A stretch of 64,000 nt of DNA from a virus (IMGVR_UViG_3300037755_000598:8801-72800), one strand, 5' to 3'. Shown: positions 1 to 6,942, counted from the stretch's first letter. Notes: a model not told the origin generated them from the letters alone. Numbers and translations are program-made.

Positions 1-170
1 CCATGTTTGCGCATGAATTCAGCTCCCCGCCGAGTGCGGAAAGCGCCAATAACAGCCGCGTAACGCGCGCCGTGAGTTTCATTGGTTGGCGTTCCCGCAT
101 AGCGGAATACTTCGCGCGTGCCATCGGGCAAAAGCCCGACATAGGGGCGGGTATAGCTTCGCTTTTTCAT
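1..170 (-). CDS. small hypothetical phage protein, truncated by window edge (array cassette)
   Basis: ATG at 170, 13 nt from hairpin element with CGAGGG RBS; open frame MKKRSYTRPYVGLLPDGTREVF... runs off the window. Confidence 0.7.
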   Translation of the reverse strand, partial: MKKRSYTRPYVGLLPDGTREVFRYAGTPTNETHGARYAAVIGAFRTRRGAEFMRKH

Positions 171-183
171 ATATCCCTCGTTG

Positions 184-229
184 TGGCGTTCAATCGTGCG
201 CCCGTGATCGGGCGCACTGTTGAGCGTCA
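184..229. repeat. hairpin cassette-boundary element copy 1
   Basis: tggcgttcaat-c-gtgcgcccg-tgat-cgggcgcac-t-gttgagcgtca; tca = TGA stop of ORF 227..637. Confidence 0.95.
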
Positions 230-637
230 GGGAGTGAGAGATATAGTCACGTGCGGGTAATTGCTGAAGATATCGGCAAGCTCCCGCGCACGCCTGGCCT
301 GATTCGCGAATTGCTCCGCCAGGCCTGAAAAGGAAACCGTAGCCAGTGCCTGGCATTCGTCATAGCGGGCCGCCGCATGGCGCAACGCATCGGCAATCAG
401 ACTGCTATCAGTGTCCGTAATGACGGGCGGGACCGGATAGACGGGCGCATGGCCCGAGCCTATCTGATAGCGCGTAATGCGAAACGCGGCCGTATTGTTT
501 GCATGCTCGCCCGTTTTATCGACCAGGGCCACGGCGCTTGCCGCGTCTATCTCGTTGCGGATTATTGCCCATTCTTCCCAGTCACCGGACTCGCGCAACA
601 CTTGCACAATGTCGTGCGGTCTGAATGTATAAGGCAT
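227..637 (-). CDS. hypothetical protein (array cassette), 136 aa
   Basis: ORF bounded by elements 1 and 2; CGAGGA RBS; stop lies in element. Confidence 0.85.
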   Translation of the reverse strand: MPYTFRPHDIVQVLRESGDWEEWAIIRNEIDAASAVALVDKTGEHANNTAAFRITRYQIGSGHAPVYPVPPVITDTDSSLIADALRHAAARYDECQALATVSFSGLAEQFANQARRARELADIFSNYPHVTISLTP

Positions 638-652
638 GTCTCGTTCCTCGTA

Positions 653-698
653 TGGCGTTCAATCGGTGACCCGCGCACGGGTCACCTGTTGAGCGTCA
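653..698. repeat. hairpin element copy 2
   Basis: same outer arms; inner stem ggtgacccg/cgggtcacc, loop cgca. Confidence 0.95.
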
Positions 699-1124
699 CG
701 CTTCAATCAGTTCGTGTCGCGCCTCGCCGCTTTCGTCCTGAATGGCGCACTGCGCGGATTCAATTTCGGATGAGTTATCCGCGCACCATTGCGCCACGGC
801 TGGCGCGAACAGGTCCGCGTTGTCTCCACCGTGTCCCGTGCGCTGCCGATACTGGATTGATTCGGCGCAAGCGCTCATGAATGAAAGCAGCATTTCGAAC
901 GGTTCCACGACAGAGCGGAAGCCTCCCGCCCCGCTTTGCATGTCGTCTATGCGGTATTCCTGGCTCCCGATGTCCAGAATGAAAGCGGGACACATGCGGC
1001 GCATGCGCAGCTTCCCGGTGGAGACGTTCACTTCTGTCATTCCCTCCAATGACAGGAACGCGTCGCCAATGCGGAGCGCGGGCAACAGGCGCGCGCCGAT
1101 GATGAATGGAGCATGTAGTTTCAT
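696..1124 (-). CDS. hypothetical protein (array cassette), 142 aa
   Basis: bounded by elements 2 and 3; CGAGG RBS; stop in element. Confidence 0.85.
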   Translation of the reverse strand: MKLHAPFIIGARLLPALRIGDAFLSLEGMTEVNVSTGKLRMRRMCPAFILDIGSQEYRIDDMQSGAGGFRSVVEPFEMLLSFMSACAESIQYRQRTGHGGDNADLFAPAVAQWCADNSSEIESAQCAIQDESGEARHELIEA

Positions 1125-1139
1125 AGGTGCCTCGTTTGG

Positions 1140-1185
1140 TGGCGTTCAATCGATGGCCCGCGCACGGGCCATCTGTTGAGCGTCA
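1140..1185. repeat. hairpin element copy 3
   Basis: inner stem gatggcccg/cgggccatc, loop cgca. Confidence 0.95.
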
Positions 1186-1206
1186 AAAGGCTTCCAGTTT
1201 GCTCAT
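1183..1206 (-). CDS. 7-aa mini-ORF MSKLEAF, coupled to upstream gene
   Basis: ATGA overlap with stop of 1203..1523; ends on the element TGA. Confidence 0.35.
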   Translation of the reverse strand: MSKLEAF

Positions 1207-1523
1207 ACGCGCGCTCCCACGAGGCGCGCGATTCGGCGGGCACTAGAGGCCGTCACGGTGTCGGGTATGTGGAGCGCGCGCGATTCATTCGCGCCAGTCT
1301 CGAATTCCATCCCGTTTACTATCGTGATCCAGCGTGGGCGCACGCACGGATGCGAATCGGCTTCTATGCATTCCACGCCGTCCACGCGATTGGTTCGCGT
1401 GCGGTTTACAGCTTCGATTGCGTCGCGCAATGTGGCGTCCTGTTCGATGAATCCGCGTTCGCCGTCCTCCGCAGATTCTTGCGTGACAATTTCGAATGTC
1501 ACGCTGAAGCGTGCCTTGTACAT
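1203..1523 (-). CDS. hypothetical protein (array cassette), 106 aa
   Basis: start 15 nt after element 4 with CGAGGG RBS. Confidence 0.85.
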   Translation of the reverse strand: MYKARFSVTFEIVTQESAEDGERGFIEQDATLRDAIEAVNRTRTNRVDGVECIEADSHPCVRPRWITIVNGMEFETGANESRALHIPDTVTASSARRIARLVGARV

Positions 1524-1538
1524 ATCGTGTCCCTCGTA

Positions 1539-1584
1539 TGGCGTTCAATCGTGCGCCCGTGATCGGGCGCACTGTTGAGCGTCA
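1539..1584. repeat. hairpin element copy 4 (identical to copy 1)
   Basis: 46/46 identity to 184..229. Confidence 0.95.
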
Positions 1585-1815
1585 CTTGCCGGAAACCCGG
1601 TCCATGACCTGTGCGGGGATTGCATTCCATGAGGCGTGCATCTTTTCATCAGCGGCAAACTTCGCGGCCTGGGCGGAAAGGATTGCCGCATCCGTATGGA
1701 TGCGCCACCGCTGATTCGTCGCGCCGTAGTGCGCGACGCATGCGGCTTCGTATGCATCGTCCGCACGCTTCGCGGCTTCGTACCCGGCGAAATAGCTGGA
1801 TAGAATTTCAGACAT
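1582..1815 (-). CDS. hypothetical protein (array cassette), 77 aa
   Basis: bounded by elements 4 and 5; stop in element. Confidence 0.8.
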   Translation of the reverse strand: MSEILSSYFAGYEAAKRADDAYEAACVAHYGATNQRWRIHTDAAILSAQAAKFAADEKMHASWNAIPAQVMDRVSGK

Positions 1816-1830
1816 CTGTTGACCCTCGTA

Positions 1831-1875
1831 TGGCGTTCAATCGATGGCCCGGTTCGGGCCATCTGTTGAGCGTCA
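1831..1875. repeat. hairpin element copy 5
   Basis: inner stem gatggcccg/cgggccatc, loop gtt. Confidence 0.95.
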
Positions 1876-2127
1876 CGCGGGGAAGCCATGCTCCCATTGA
1901 TAGTGCAGCAATGAGCCAGGCGGATAAGGTGGCGCACCGTCCGACGTAAACCAGGCCGACACCTGATCCCCGTTCGTGTCATCCGTGCGGAATGTAACCA
2001 TAGCGAAGTCGCGGCCGTTCTCGTCGCCTGTGATGTTCGGGCGTGGCCCGACGTAATCGGCCGGAATGTTCCGCGCGGCAAGCGCCGTTTCCGCGTCCTG
2101 TCGTGTCCCTTTGATGACTAGCAGCAT
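1873..2127 (-). CDS. hypothetical protein (array cassette), 84 aa
   Basis: bounded by elements 5 and 6; stop in element. Confidence 0.8.
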   Translation of the reverse strand: MLLVIKGTRQDAETALAARNIPADYVGPRPNITGDENGRDFAMVTFRTDDTNGDQVSAWFTSDGAPPYPPGSLLHYQWEHGFPA

Positions 2128-2145
2128 GCTGTGACCCCTTCGTTG

Positions 2146-2191
2146 TGGCGTTCAATCGTGCGCCCGTGATCGGGCGCACTGTTGAGCGTCA
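2146..2191. repeat. hairpin element copy 6 (identical to copy 1)
   Basis: 46/46 identity to 184..229. Confidence 0.95.
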
Positions 2192-2371
2192 TGCTTCCAA
2201 TGCGTCAGCCAATTCATTGGCGAGACCATCGGCGCGCGTGTCGCCATTCATCGGCTGAAAGCCCCCAAGAATGCGCCACCGATAATAGTTATTGAGTGCC
2301 GTGACGGCTTCGCCGTACTTGCGCGCTTTAACCGCATGCGACAGTGTCTGTAATGTTGCTTCGGGGTCCAT
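2189..2371 (-). CDS. hypothetical protein (array cassette), 60 aa
   Basis: start reassigned to MDPEATLQ after CGAGG RBS; stop in element 6. Confidence 0.8.
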   Translation of the reverse strand: MDPEATLQTLSHAVKARKYGEAVTALNNYYRWRILGGFQPMNGDTRADGLANELADALEA

Positions 2372-2387
2372 GTGTGCCTCGTTGTGT

Positions 2388-2400
2388 TGGCATTCAATCG
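2388..2400. repeat. degenerate half element (copy 7, one arm only)
   Basis: tggcattcaatcg, flanked by cctcgttgtgt as in copy 9; no inner stem or second arm. Confidence 0.75.
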
Positions 2401-2570
2401 GCTTGTCGGCGCCGCAGACATTCGGGCAGCGATTCGACAATGGGGACGGCGGGGCGCGTGAAGCGCGCGTATGCCGCCATGATTGCGGCGTAACGGTCGT
2501 AAGGGTTCGCGCCCTCTTTCGAGGCTATTTCCATTGCCGCGCGGATGTAGAGCGGGTGTAGCTTGGACAT
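2394..2570 (-). CDS. hypothetical protein (array cassette), 58 aa
   Basis: start MSKLHPLY after GGAGGG RBS; stop falls inside the remaining arm. Confidence 0.75.
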   Translation of the reverse strand: MSKLHPLYIRAAMEIASKEGANPYDRYAAIMAAYARFTRPAVPIVESLPECLRRRQAD

Positions 2571-2584
2571 GGCGCCCTCCTTGT

Positions 2585-2631
2585 TGGCGTTCAATCGATG
2601 GCCCGATATACGGGCCATCTGTTGAGCGTCA
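2585..2631. repeat. hairpin element copy 8
   Basis: inner stem gatggcccg/cgggccatc, loop atata. Confidence 0.95.
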
Positions 2632-2802
2632 CAGCGTGGCAAGCTCAAGGAACCGCGTGTAGACCGCGCGCTCCGTGTCCGGCCATTTGACGAGCGTGGT
2701 ACGTCCGGACGTTGGCGCCGCGACCGTTCCCACCTTGCCGTGCATTGATCGTTCCGGCCCCGTGTATCGGACGTGCTGCTCTGCTTTGAATCGCTTGACC
2801 AT
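2629..2802 (-). CDS. hypothetical protein (array cassette), 57 aa, possible SH3/KOW-like beta fold
   Basis: start MVKRFKAEQ after CGAGGG; stop in element 8. Confidence 0.75.
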   Translation of the reverse strand: MVKRFKAEQHVRYTGPERSMHGKVGTVAAPTSGRTTLVKWPDTERAVYTRFLELATL

Positions 2803-2822
2803 GGTCGTGTCCCTCGTTGTGT

Positions 2823-2868
2823 TGGCGTTCAATCGTGCGCCCGATCACGGGCGCACTGTTGAGCGTCA
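2823..2868. repeat. hairpin element copy 9
   Basis: stem as copy 1, loop atca (reverse complement of tgat). Confidence 0.95.
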
Positions 2869-3060
2869 ATAGCCCAGGGCATCGCGCGCTTCCTGGAGCG
2901 TCTGGACATCGTCCAGCATGGTGAACGGCACGTTATCGCGGTCAATCGCGTGTGAGCCGATTCTCACGCGGTCATTGACGACGTGCGCATGGCAGTCATG
3001 CTGCTCAACGAACCGCGCAAGCGCTTTGAGATTCGCTAATCGACTGGGGGTCTGGTTCAT
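2866..3060 (-). CDS. hypothetical protein (array cassette), 64 aa
   Basis: bounded by elements 9 and 10; stop in element. Confidence 0.8.
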   Translation of the reverse strand: MNQTPSRLANLKALARFVEQHDCHAHVVNDRVRIGSHAIDRDNVPFTMLDDVQTLQEARDALGY

Positions 3061-3076
3061 TGCTCATTCCCTCGTA

Positions 3077-3123
3077 TGGCGTTCAATCGGGAGCACGCGT
3101 TGCGTGCGCCCTGTTGACTGTCA
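3077..3123. repeat. hairpin element copy 10 (diverged)
   Basis: tggcgttcaat-c-gggagcacgc-gtt-gcgtgcgccc-t-gttgactgtca. Confidence 0.9.
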
Positions 3124-3312
3124 CTGCGCGGCCAGCGTGAGCACACCGGCGAAGTCGAGTGCGCGTGCCATCTCGTTTGGGTCACACAGCCCGCGCTCAA
3201 TTGCACAGGGGTCGCTCGCCTCATAGGTGTCATTGGCGATTGCATCGGCGTACCAGGCGCGCATCTGCTCATCAGATACAAGCCGATACTCTGGCCAGAT
3301 AATCCGTGTCAT
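3121..3312 (-). CDS. hypothetical protein, first gene of array, 63 aa
   Basis: start MTRIIWPEY; stop in element 10. Confidence 0.75.
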   Translation of the reverse strand: MTRIIWPEYRLVSDEQMRAWYADAIANDTYEASDPCAIERGLCDPNEMARALDFAGVLTLAAQ

Positions 3313-3723
3313 TTGGTGGGGCCTCGCATTGGAGAGGGAAGCGGAATGCACCCTCTTGCATGCGTCTGGCCGTCAGGGAGAGGGAAGCGACAGCGTTGCT
3401 AAGGCCCGCTATCCCTCTCCCGAAGTCTCAAGTTTTGAAATAACAGCTCAGGGCTGGCCTGAGCATCGGCCTGGGATTCGTGACCGCCTGCGTGCGCGGA
3501 AGCTATCCTCTGGCCGTTACCAGGGTAAAGCCCTGGCGATAAAAGACAAGCAACGCGCGTGCCAACGAACTGAGCCGCAGCGTTATCAGTCACTTAGTCT
3601 TTTGGAGCTGACACAGACGGTCAGGAAGTGACAAATATTCCGTCACTTATGGACGCTCAACGTCACAGTGAGCGCAACGCAGTGCGCTGCTCACTCTTAT
3701 CTATATGCGTGGATCAGTAGTGT

Positions 3724-4221
3724 ATGAATAGCTCGCTCCCCAGACCGCCCAAGGGGGTGCGCTTCGGTGGCCGACAGAAAGGCACACCGAACGTGCTCCC
3801 CGACCTCCGAGCCATGACGCTCAAGGCACTGATGCAGGCAGGCGGGGTGGAGTACCTGGCACGCCAGGCGGAGGAGAATCCCGGACCGTTCCTTGGCCTC
3901 CTGGGCAAGGTGCTGCCTCGTGAGACCCATATGGAGCTGAGCGGGGAGCTGAAGGTGCGAGCGGAGGTGAGGCGCGACCTGGTCGAGAAACTCATTGTGC
4001 TGATGGCAGCCCCCGCAATGGAGCGCCAGGAGCGCACAACACCCGATGCACTGCCCGCTATCACGCACAAACCGGATGCAATGCTCAAAGCTCAGGCATC
4101 ACAAGCCCGCAGTAGCCTTAGCAGGCGAGCCGAGAACGCACGGCGCGAAGGAGTGGCTACCGTAGGGGGAGCGGTACACAGAGCGGCTGCTATGCAGACT
4201 GAGAGCATCACAGACGTATGA
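3724..4221 (+). CDS. terminase small subunit-like protein
   Basis: GGRQKGTPN and GGVEYL...ENP..F..LLGKVLP motifs typical of phage TerS-type proteins. Confidence 0.65.
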   Translation: MNSSLPRPPKGVRFGGRQKGTPNVLPDLRAMTLKALMQAGGVEYLARQAEENPGPFLGLLGKVLPRETHMELSGELKVRAEVRRDLVEKLIVLMAAPAMERQERTTPDALPAITHKPDAMLKAQASQARSSLSRRAENARREGVATVGGAVHRAAAMQTESITDV

Positions 4222-4526
4222 GCGTCATGACGTTCAATGAGTACGTGAGGCAGGCAGGCATCGCATTCAGTGAACACGCGATGAGTCCGACATCCGAAGC
4301 GTGCGAGCTGTGCGGCATCACAAGGATGCAGATTGAGAATGGAGATGCGGGGCTGGCGTGTCCACGCTTCAGGACGCATCCGGGGGCTGAGCTGACACGG
4401 GCGGGATTACGATCCGTGCCCGTCTGGGGATACCTGCCCGTAAGGGCGGCACGGGATGCAGCGGCGGAGCACGCTGGCGGGGACTGGCTGGCTGGGGCTG
4501 ACTGGGCTGACTGGGTGCACTGCTGA
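4218..4526 (+). CDS. hypothetical protein, 102 aa
   Basis: ATGA overlap with TerS-like gene; CxxC. Confidence 0.55.
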   Translation: MSVMTFNEYVRQAGIAFSEHAMSPTSEACELCGITRMQIENGDAGLACPRFRTHPGAELTRAGLRSVPVWGYLPVRAARDAAAEHAGGDWLAGADWADWVHC

Positions 4527-4657
4527 CTGGCTGGCTGGGCAGCTCCCAGCCCCCTCCCCTTGCATACGCTCACCCGTGAAACAATGCATTGCACTGTCTC
4601 ACCTGTGAATCAATAGCATGGTGTGACTTCTGTGTCAGACATCACACTCATGAATGT

Positions 4658-4670
4658 AATCAATGAGTTA
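4658..4670 (+). promoter_or_regulatory. IHF binding site
   Basis: AATCAATGAGTTA, perfect match to WATCAANNNNTTR, in AT-rich noncoding DNA. Confidence 0.6.
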
Positions 4671-4680
4671 GCTGTGATTC

Positions 4681-4701
4681 TGACACGCACCTGACACGCA
4701 G
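4681..4701 (+). repeat. tandem TGACACGCA repeats (11-bp period)
   Basis: tgacacgcac-c-tgacacgcag; same motif as arm-type repeats at 50663. Confidence 0.7.
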
Positions 4702-4902
4702 GACACTGTCATATCCCCCGATTCACCATAATCGTGGCATCCAGGGCCGTCGGGTCCCTTAACTTAATCCCAGACTTGCCATAATGCGTGCCGAGACCCC
4801 CACGACCCCTTATGTAAAGAGGCCGGCCGGCAGGTACCCGCGCCTCCCCACGGGTACTCACATAGTATTTTTTCCATAGCACGCTCTGCATATCGCAGAG
4901 CG

Positions 4903-5130
4903 TCAGGAGCGCCCTCGGGCGATCAGTTCGGGCAGACTTTGGGCAGGCTGGGTGTCCTTCGGCTCAATGGAGCCCGTGAGGGGGAGGTTCCCGGCTTCGG
5001 CCTCGCGGTGATAGACATCCCAGATGTCTTCGGGAACGCCCTCGCCGAGCACGCCGCTGTAAAGACAGGTGAGTTCCCCGGTGTCGGGGGCTTCACGATA
5101 GATACGCAGACAGAAGTCGCGGGTACTCAC
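4903..5130 (-). CDS. hypothetical protein, 75 aa
   Basis: ORF in leftward small-gene cluster. Confidence 0.6.
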   Translation of the reverse strand: MSTRDFCLRIYREAPDTGELTCLYSGVLGEGVPEDIWDVYHREAEAGNLPLTGSIEPKDTQPAQSLPELIARGRS

Positions 5131-5139
5131 GAGCGTTCC

Positions 5140-5352
5140 TTAGTGGGTGGACGAAATCTTGATTCTGATGACGCCCTTCTTCGGGCCGCTGGTCACAGGC
5201 GCAAGGATCGAGTCGCCCGCCATGGTGACCAGCTCCCACGCGACGTGCTCCGGGTCGATGCCGTTGGCTCTCGCGTGTTGCGTGATGATGTCCATCATCG
5301 CCTTCTCGGGGTCCTTCCTGAGCGCCGCAATCTCGTAAGTGGAAGTGCTCAT
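5140..5352 (-). CDS. hypothetical protein, 70 aa
   Basis: ORF in leftward cluster. Confidence 0.6.
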   Translation of the reverse strand: MSTSTYEIAALRKDPEKAMMDIITQHARANGIDPEHVAWELVTMAGDSILAPVTSGPKKGVIRIKISSTH

Positions 5353-5361
5353 GCGTTTCGC

Positions 5362-5625
5362 TCAGCGTTCAGGCAGCTTCCTGAGCTGTCGCTTACTGAT
5401 GCGCCGGGCCTTCCCGACCCGCCCCCGCTGCTTGTAGAGGTAGCAGCGCTTCACCAGTTCGTGAGCCCCTGCGATCTCCACGGAGCAATACTTGTCACGG
5501 TCCCATGCGGTCACGTTGACCAGGCGGATTGGCGCAAGCTTGCCGGGCGCATCGCCCAGCTCTGCAATCGGATAGTCTGTCCACGCTCTCACGCCGGGAC
5601 CCATCTGCTCTGTTGAGGGTCCCAT
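5362..5625 (-). CDS. conserved phage hypothetical protein
   Basis: WTDYP..LGD....API...V..WD.DKY pattern recalled from phage proteins. Confidence 0.6.
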   Translation of the reverse strand: MGPSTEQMGPGVRAWTDYPIAELGDAPGKLAPIRLVNVTAWDRDKYCSVEIAGAHELVKRCYLYKQRGRVGKARRISKRQLRKLPER

Positions 5626-5737
5626 CCAAGGCAGGCCGCGTGAGCGGGCAGCGCGAGCACGGTGCCTCCCTTTCCTTCCGGGTCCACCGGGATGAGGCGC
5701 GTACTGCGGAGCTTCGGCAATTTGTGACCCGGCTCAA

Positions 5738-6136
5738 TCACGCCGGGCCAACCTGTTCGATGACTCCGCGCTGACTTTGTTTCGCAATTCTCGTGAGCGC
5801 TTCCGTGATCTGCGCTTCGGCGCACTGCCCGTCCTCAATGGGCTCGATGCAATCGGGAGACGGGGCATACCAACAGACCCCCCATGGGTCACGCATGCGA
5901 CATCCCACCGTGTCGATGGCGACATACTGGCCCACCCATCGGTGAGTTCGTTCCCACCACAGGAACTTCAGGGGGGGGGTCTCGCACGGCTTTGGGTCGC
6001 CGATGACCGTCCCCGTCATCCCCAGAAGCTGCGGCAGGTACACGCACCTGATGACGCGCACCCGCGTTCCGACCGGATAGAATTTCAACTCTCGTTTCGG
6101 CGCAAAGGCACGCCGGAGGGTCCGGATGATGCTCAT
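5738..6136 (-). CDS. hypothetical protein, 132 aa
   Basis: ORF in leftward cluster; contains a G9 tract at 5971..5979. Confidence 0.6.
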   Translation of the reverse strand: MSIIRTLRRAFAPKRELKFYPVGTRVRVIRCVYLPQLLGMTGTVIGDPKPCETPPLKFLWWERTHRWVGQYVAIDTVGCRMRDPWGVCWYAPSPDCIEPIEDGQCAEAQITEALTRIAKQSQRGVIEQVGPA

Positions 6137-6306
6137 CGGTTCTTCATCAGTTCGGCGATGCTGGATGCCGTGCAGGCCGATGGCTTTGCCTTTCTGTCCT
6201 GACGTTCGGCATCGAGCTTCATTCTGTGCCGCAGCTTCGGGCTCTTGGGTGCCCGCCCGCTCACGCCGTGCTTGTGTGATCCCATGCCGCCGCGACCTTG
6301 TTGCAT
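6133..6306 (-). CDS. basic hypothetical protein
   Basis: fills gap; stop overlaps next start. Confidence 0.4.
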   Translation of the reverse strand: MQQGRGGMGSHKHGVSGRAPKSPKLRHRMKLDAERQDRKAKPSACTASSIAELMKNR

Positions 6307-6319
6307 GATCGACTCCCCG

Positions 6320-6568
6320 CTAGCGCCCGCGCAGCGGGCTGCACAGTTTCCGCAGCGCCTGCTTCTCAAAGGCGGTGTCATCCTGGATCGACGTATCGCC
6401 GCTCAGGTCATAGTCGAGCGCATGGATGATCTCGTGCAGGATGGTGGCCGTCGCCGCAAGCTCCACGGCAAGGCTCGGAAAGCGCGCCTTAACCTGCGTA
6501 TCTTCGGCAACGCGCTCCAGCAGATCACGCACCTGGTGCTCCTGGTAATCCCAGTGTCCGCCGCTCAT
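6320..6568 (-). CDS. conserved phage hypothetical protein (MSGG.WDY start)
   Basis: N-terminal MSGGHWDY pattern common in phage ORFs. Confidence 0.7.
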   Translation of the reverse strand: MSGGHWDYQEHQVRDLLERVAEDTQVKARFPSLAVELAATATILHEIIHALDYDLSGDTSIQDDTAFEKQALRKLCSPLRGR

Positions 6569-6690
6569 GGCTCGCTCTCGTCATCGGAGCTGTGATCGAA
6601 GAAGATCCAGTAGTACACGACCATGCAGGCGATGACGGCGCACGTGACGCAGAAGATCGTTATCAGGTCAATCTGGATGGCGATATTCAC
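6565..6690 (-). CDS. 41-aa single-pass membrane protein (not in ORF track)
   Basis: GTG start after AGGAG; hydrophobic LITIFCVTCAVIACMVVYYWIFF; ATGA overlap with next gene. Confidence 0.55.
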   Translation of the reverse strand: MNIAIQIDLITIFCVTCAVIACMVVYYWIFFDHSSDDESEP

Positions 6691-6744
6691 AAACTCTCCT
6701 TTGATGCAGACCGCTCAGCACAACGCTGAGCACCGGAGTTGAAC

Positions 6745-6942
6745 ATGACTGAGCTTCCCTCTGAAAATCTCCCCGCCCCGAAGGGTGGCTTCCTGTTCCT
6801 GCATCGTGATGCCGATGGCAGCGAGCAGCCCATTTGGTATTGCCTGACCGAGCCGGAAGCGAAGTCTTTTGAAGCCGGAATGAATTACGGCCGTGAACAT
6901 CCTGAACCGGGCTTTCACGGACAGCGCCACCAGCCCGGATGA
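6745..6942 (+). CDS. hypothetical protein, opposite strand to neighbours
   Basis: GGAG RBS before ATG at 6745. Confidence 0.4.
   Translation: MTELPSENLPAPKGGFLFLHRDADGSEQPIWYCLTEPEAKSFEAGMNYGREHPEPGFHGQRHQPG

Noticed and set aside
184-3123. CRISPR or TIGR array
   Set aside because: Intervals are 180-440 bp complete ORFs of variable length, no cas or tas genes are visible, and the two 9-nt variable segments are complementary to each other rather than being spacers.
184-3123. Elements as intrinsic terminators or sigma70 promoters
   Set aside because: No U-tract follows the stem on either strand; TTGAAC has no -10 at 16-18 bp.
184-3123. Canonical integron
   Set aside because: No extrahelical bases or L boxes, ATT instead of GTT, and no IntI beside the array; kept only as an analogy.
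377-3226. Plus-strand ORFs over the array (e.g. 377..880, 742..1179, 1176..1562)
   Set aside because: Antisense shadows of the RBS-bearing minus-strand genes; they read through the elements.
4480-4545. CTGACTGG/CTGG short repeats as a functional array
   Set aside because: Low-complexity tail of ORF 4218..4526 with irregular spacing.
5971-5979. G9 tract as a phase-variation switch
   Set aside because: Single tract with an intact frame and no other evidence.
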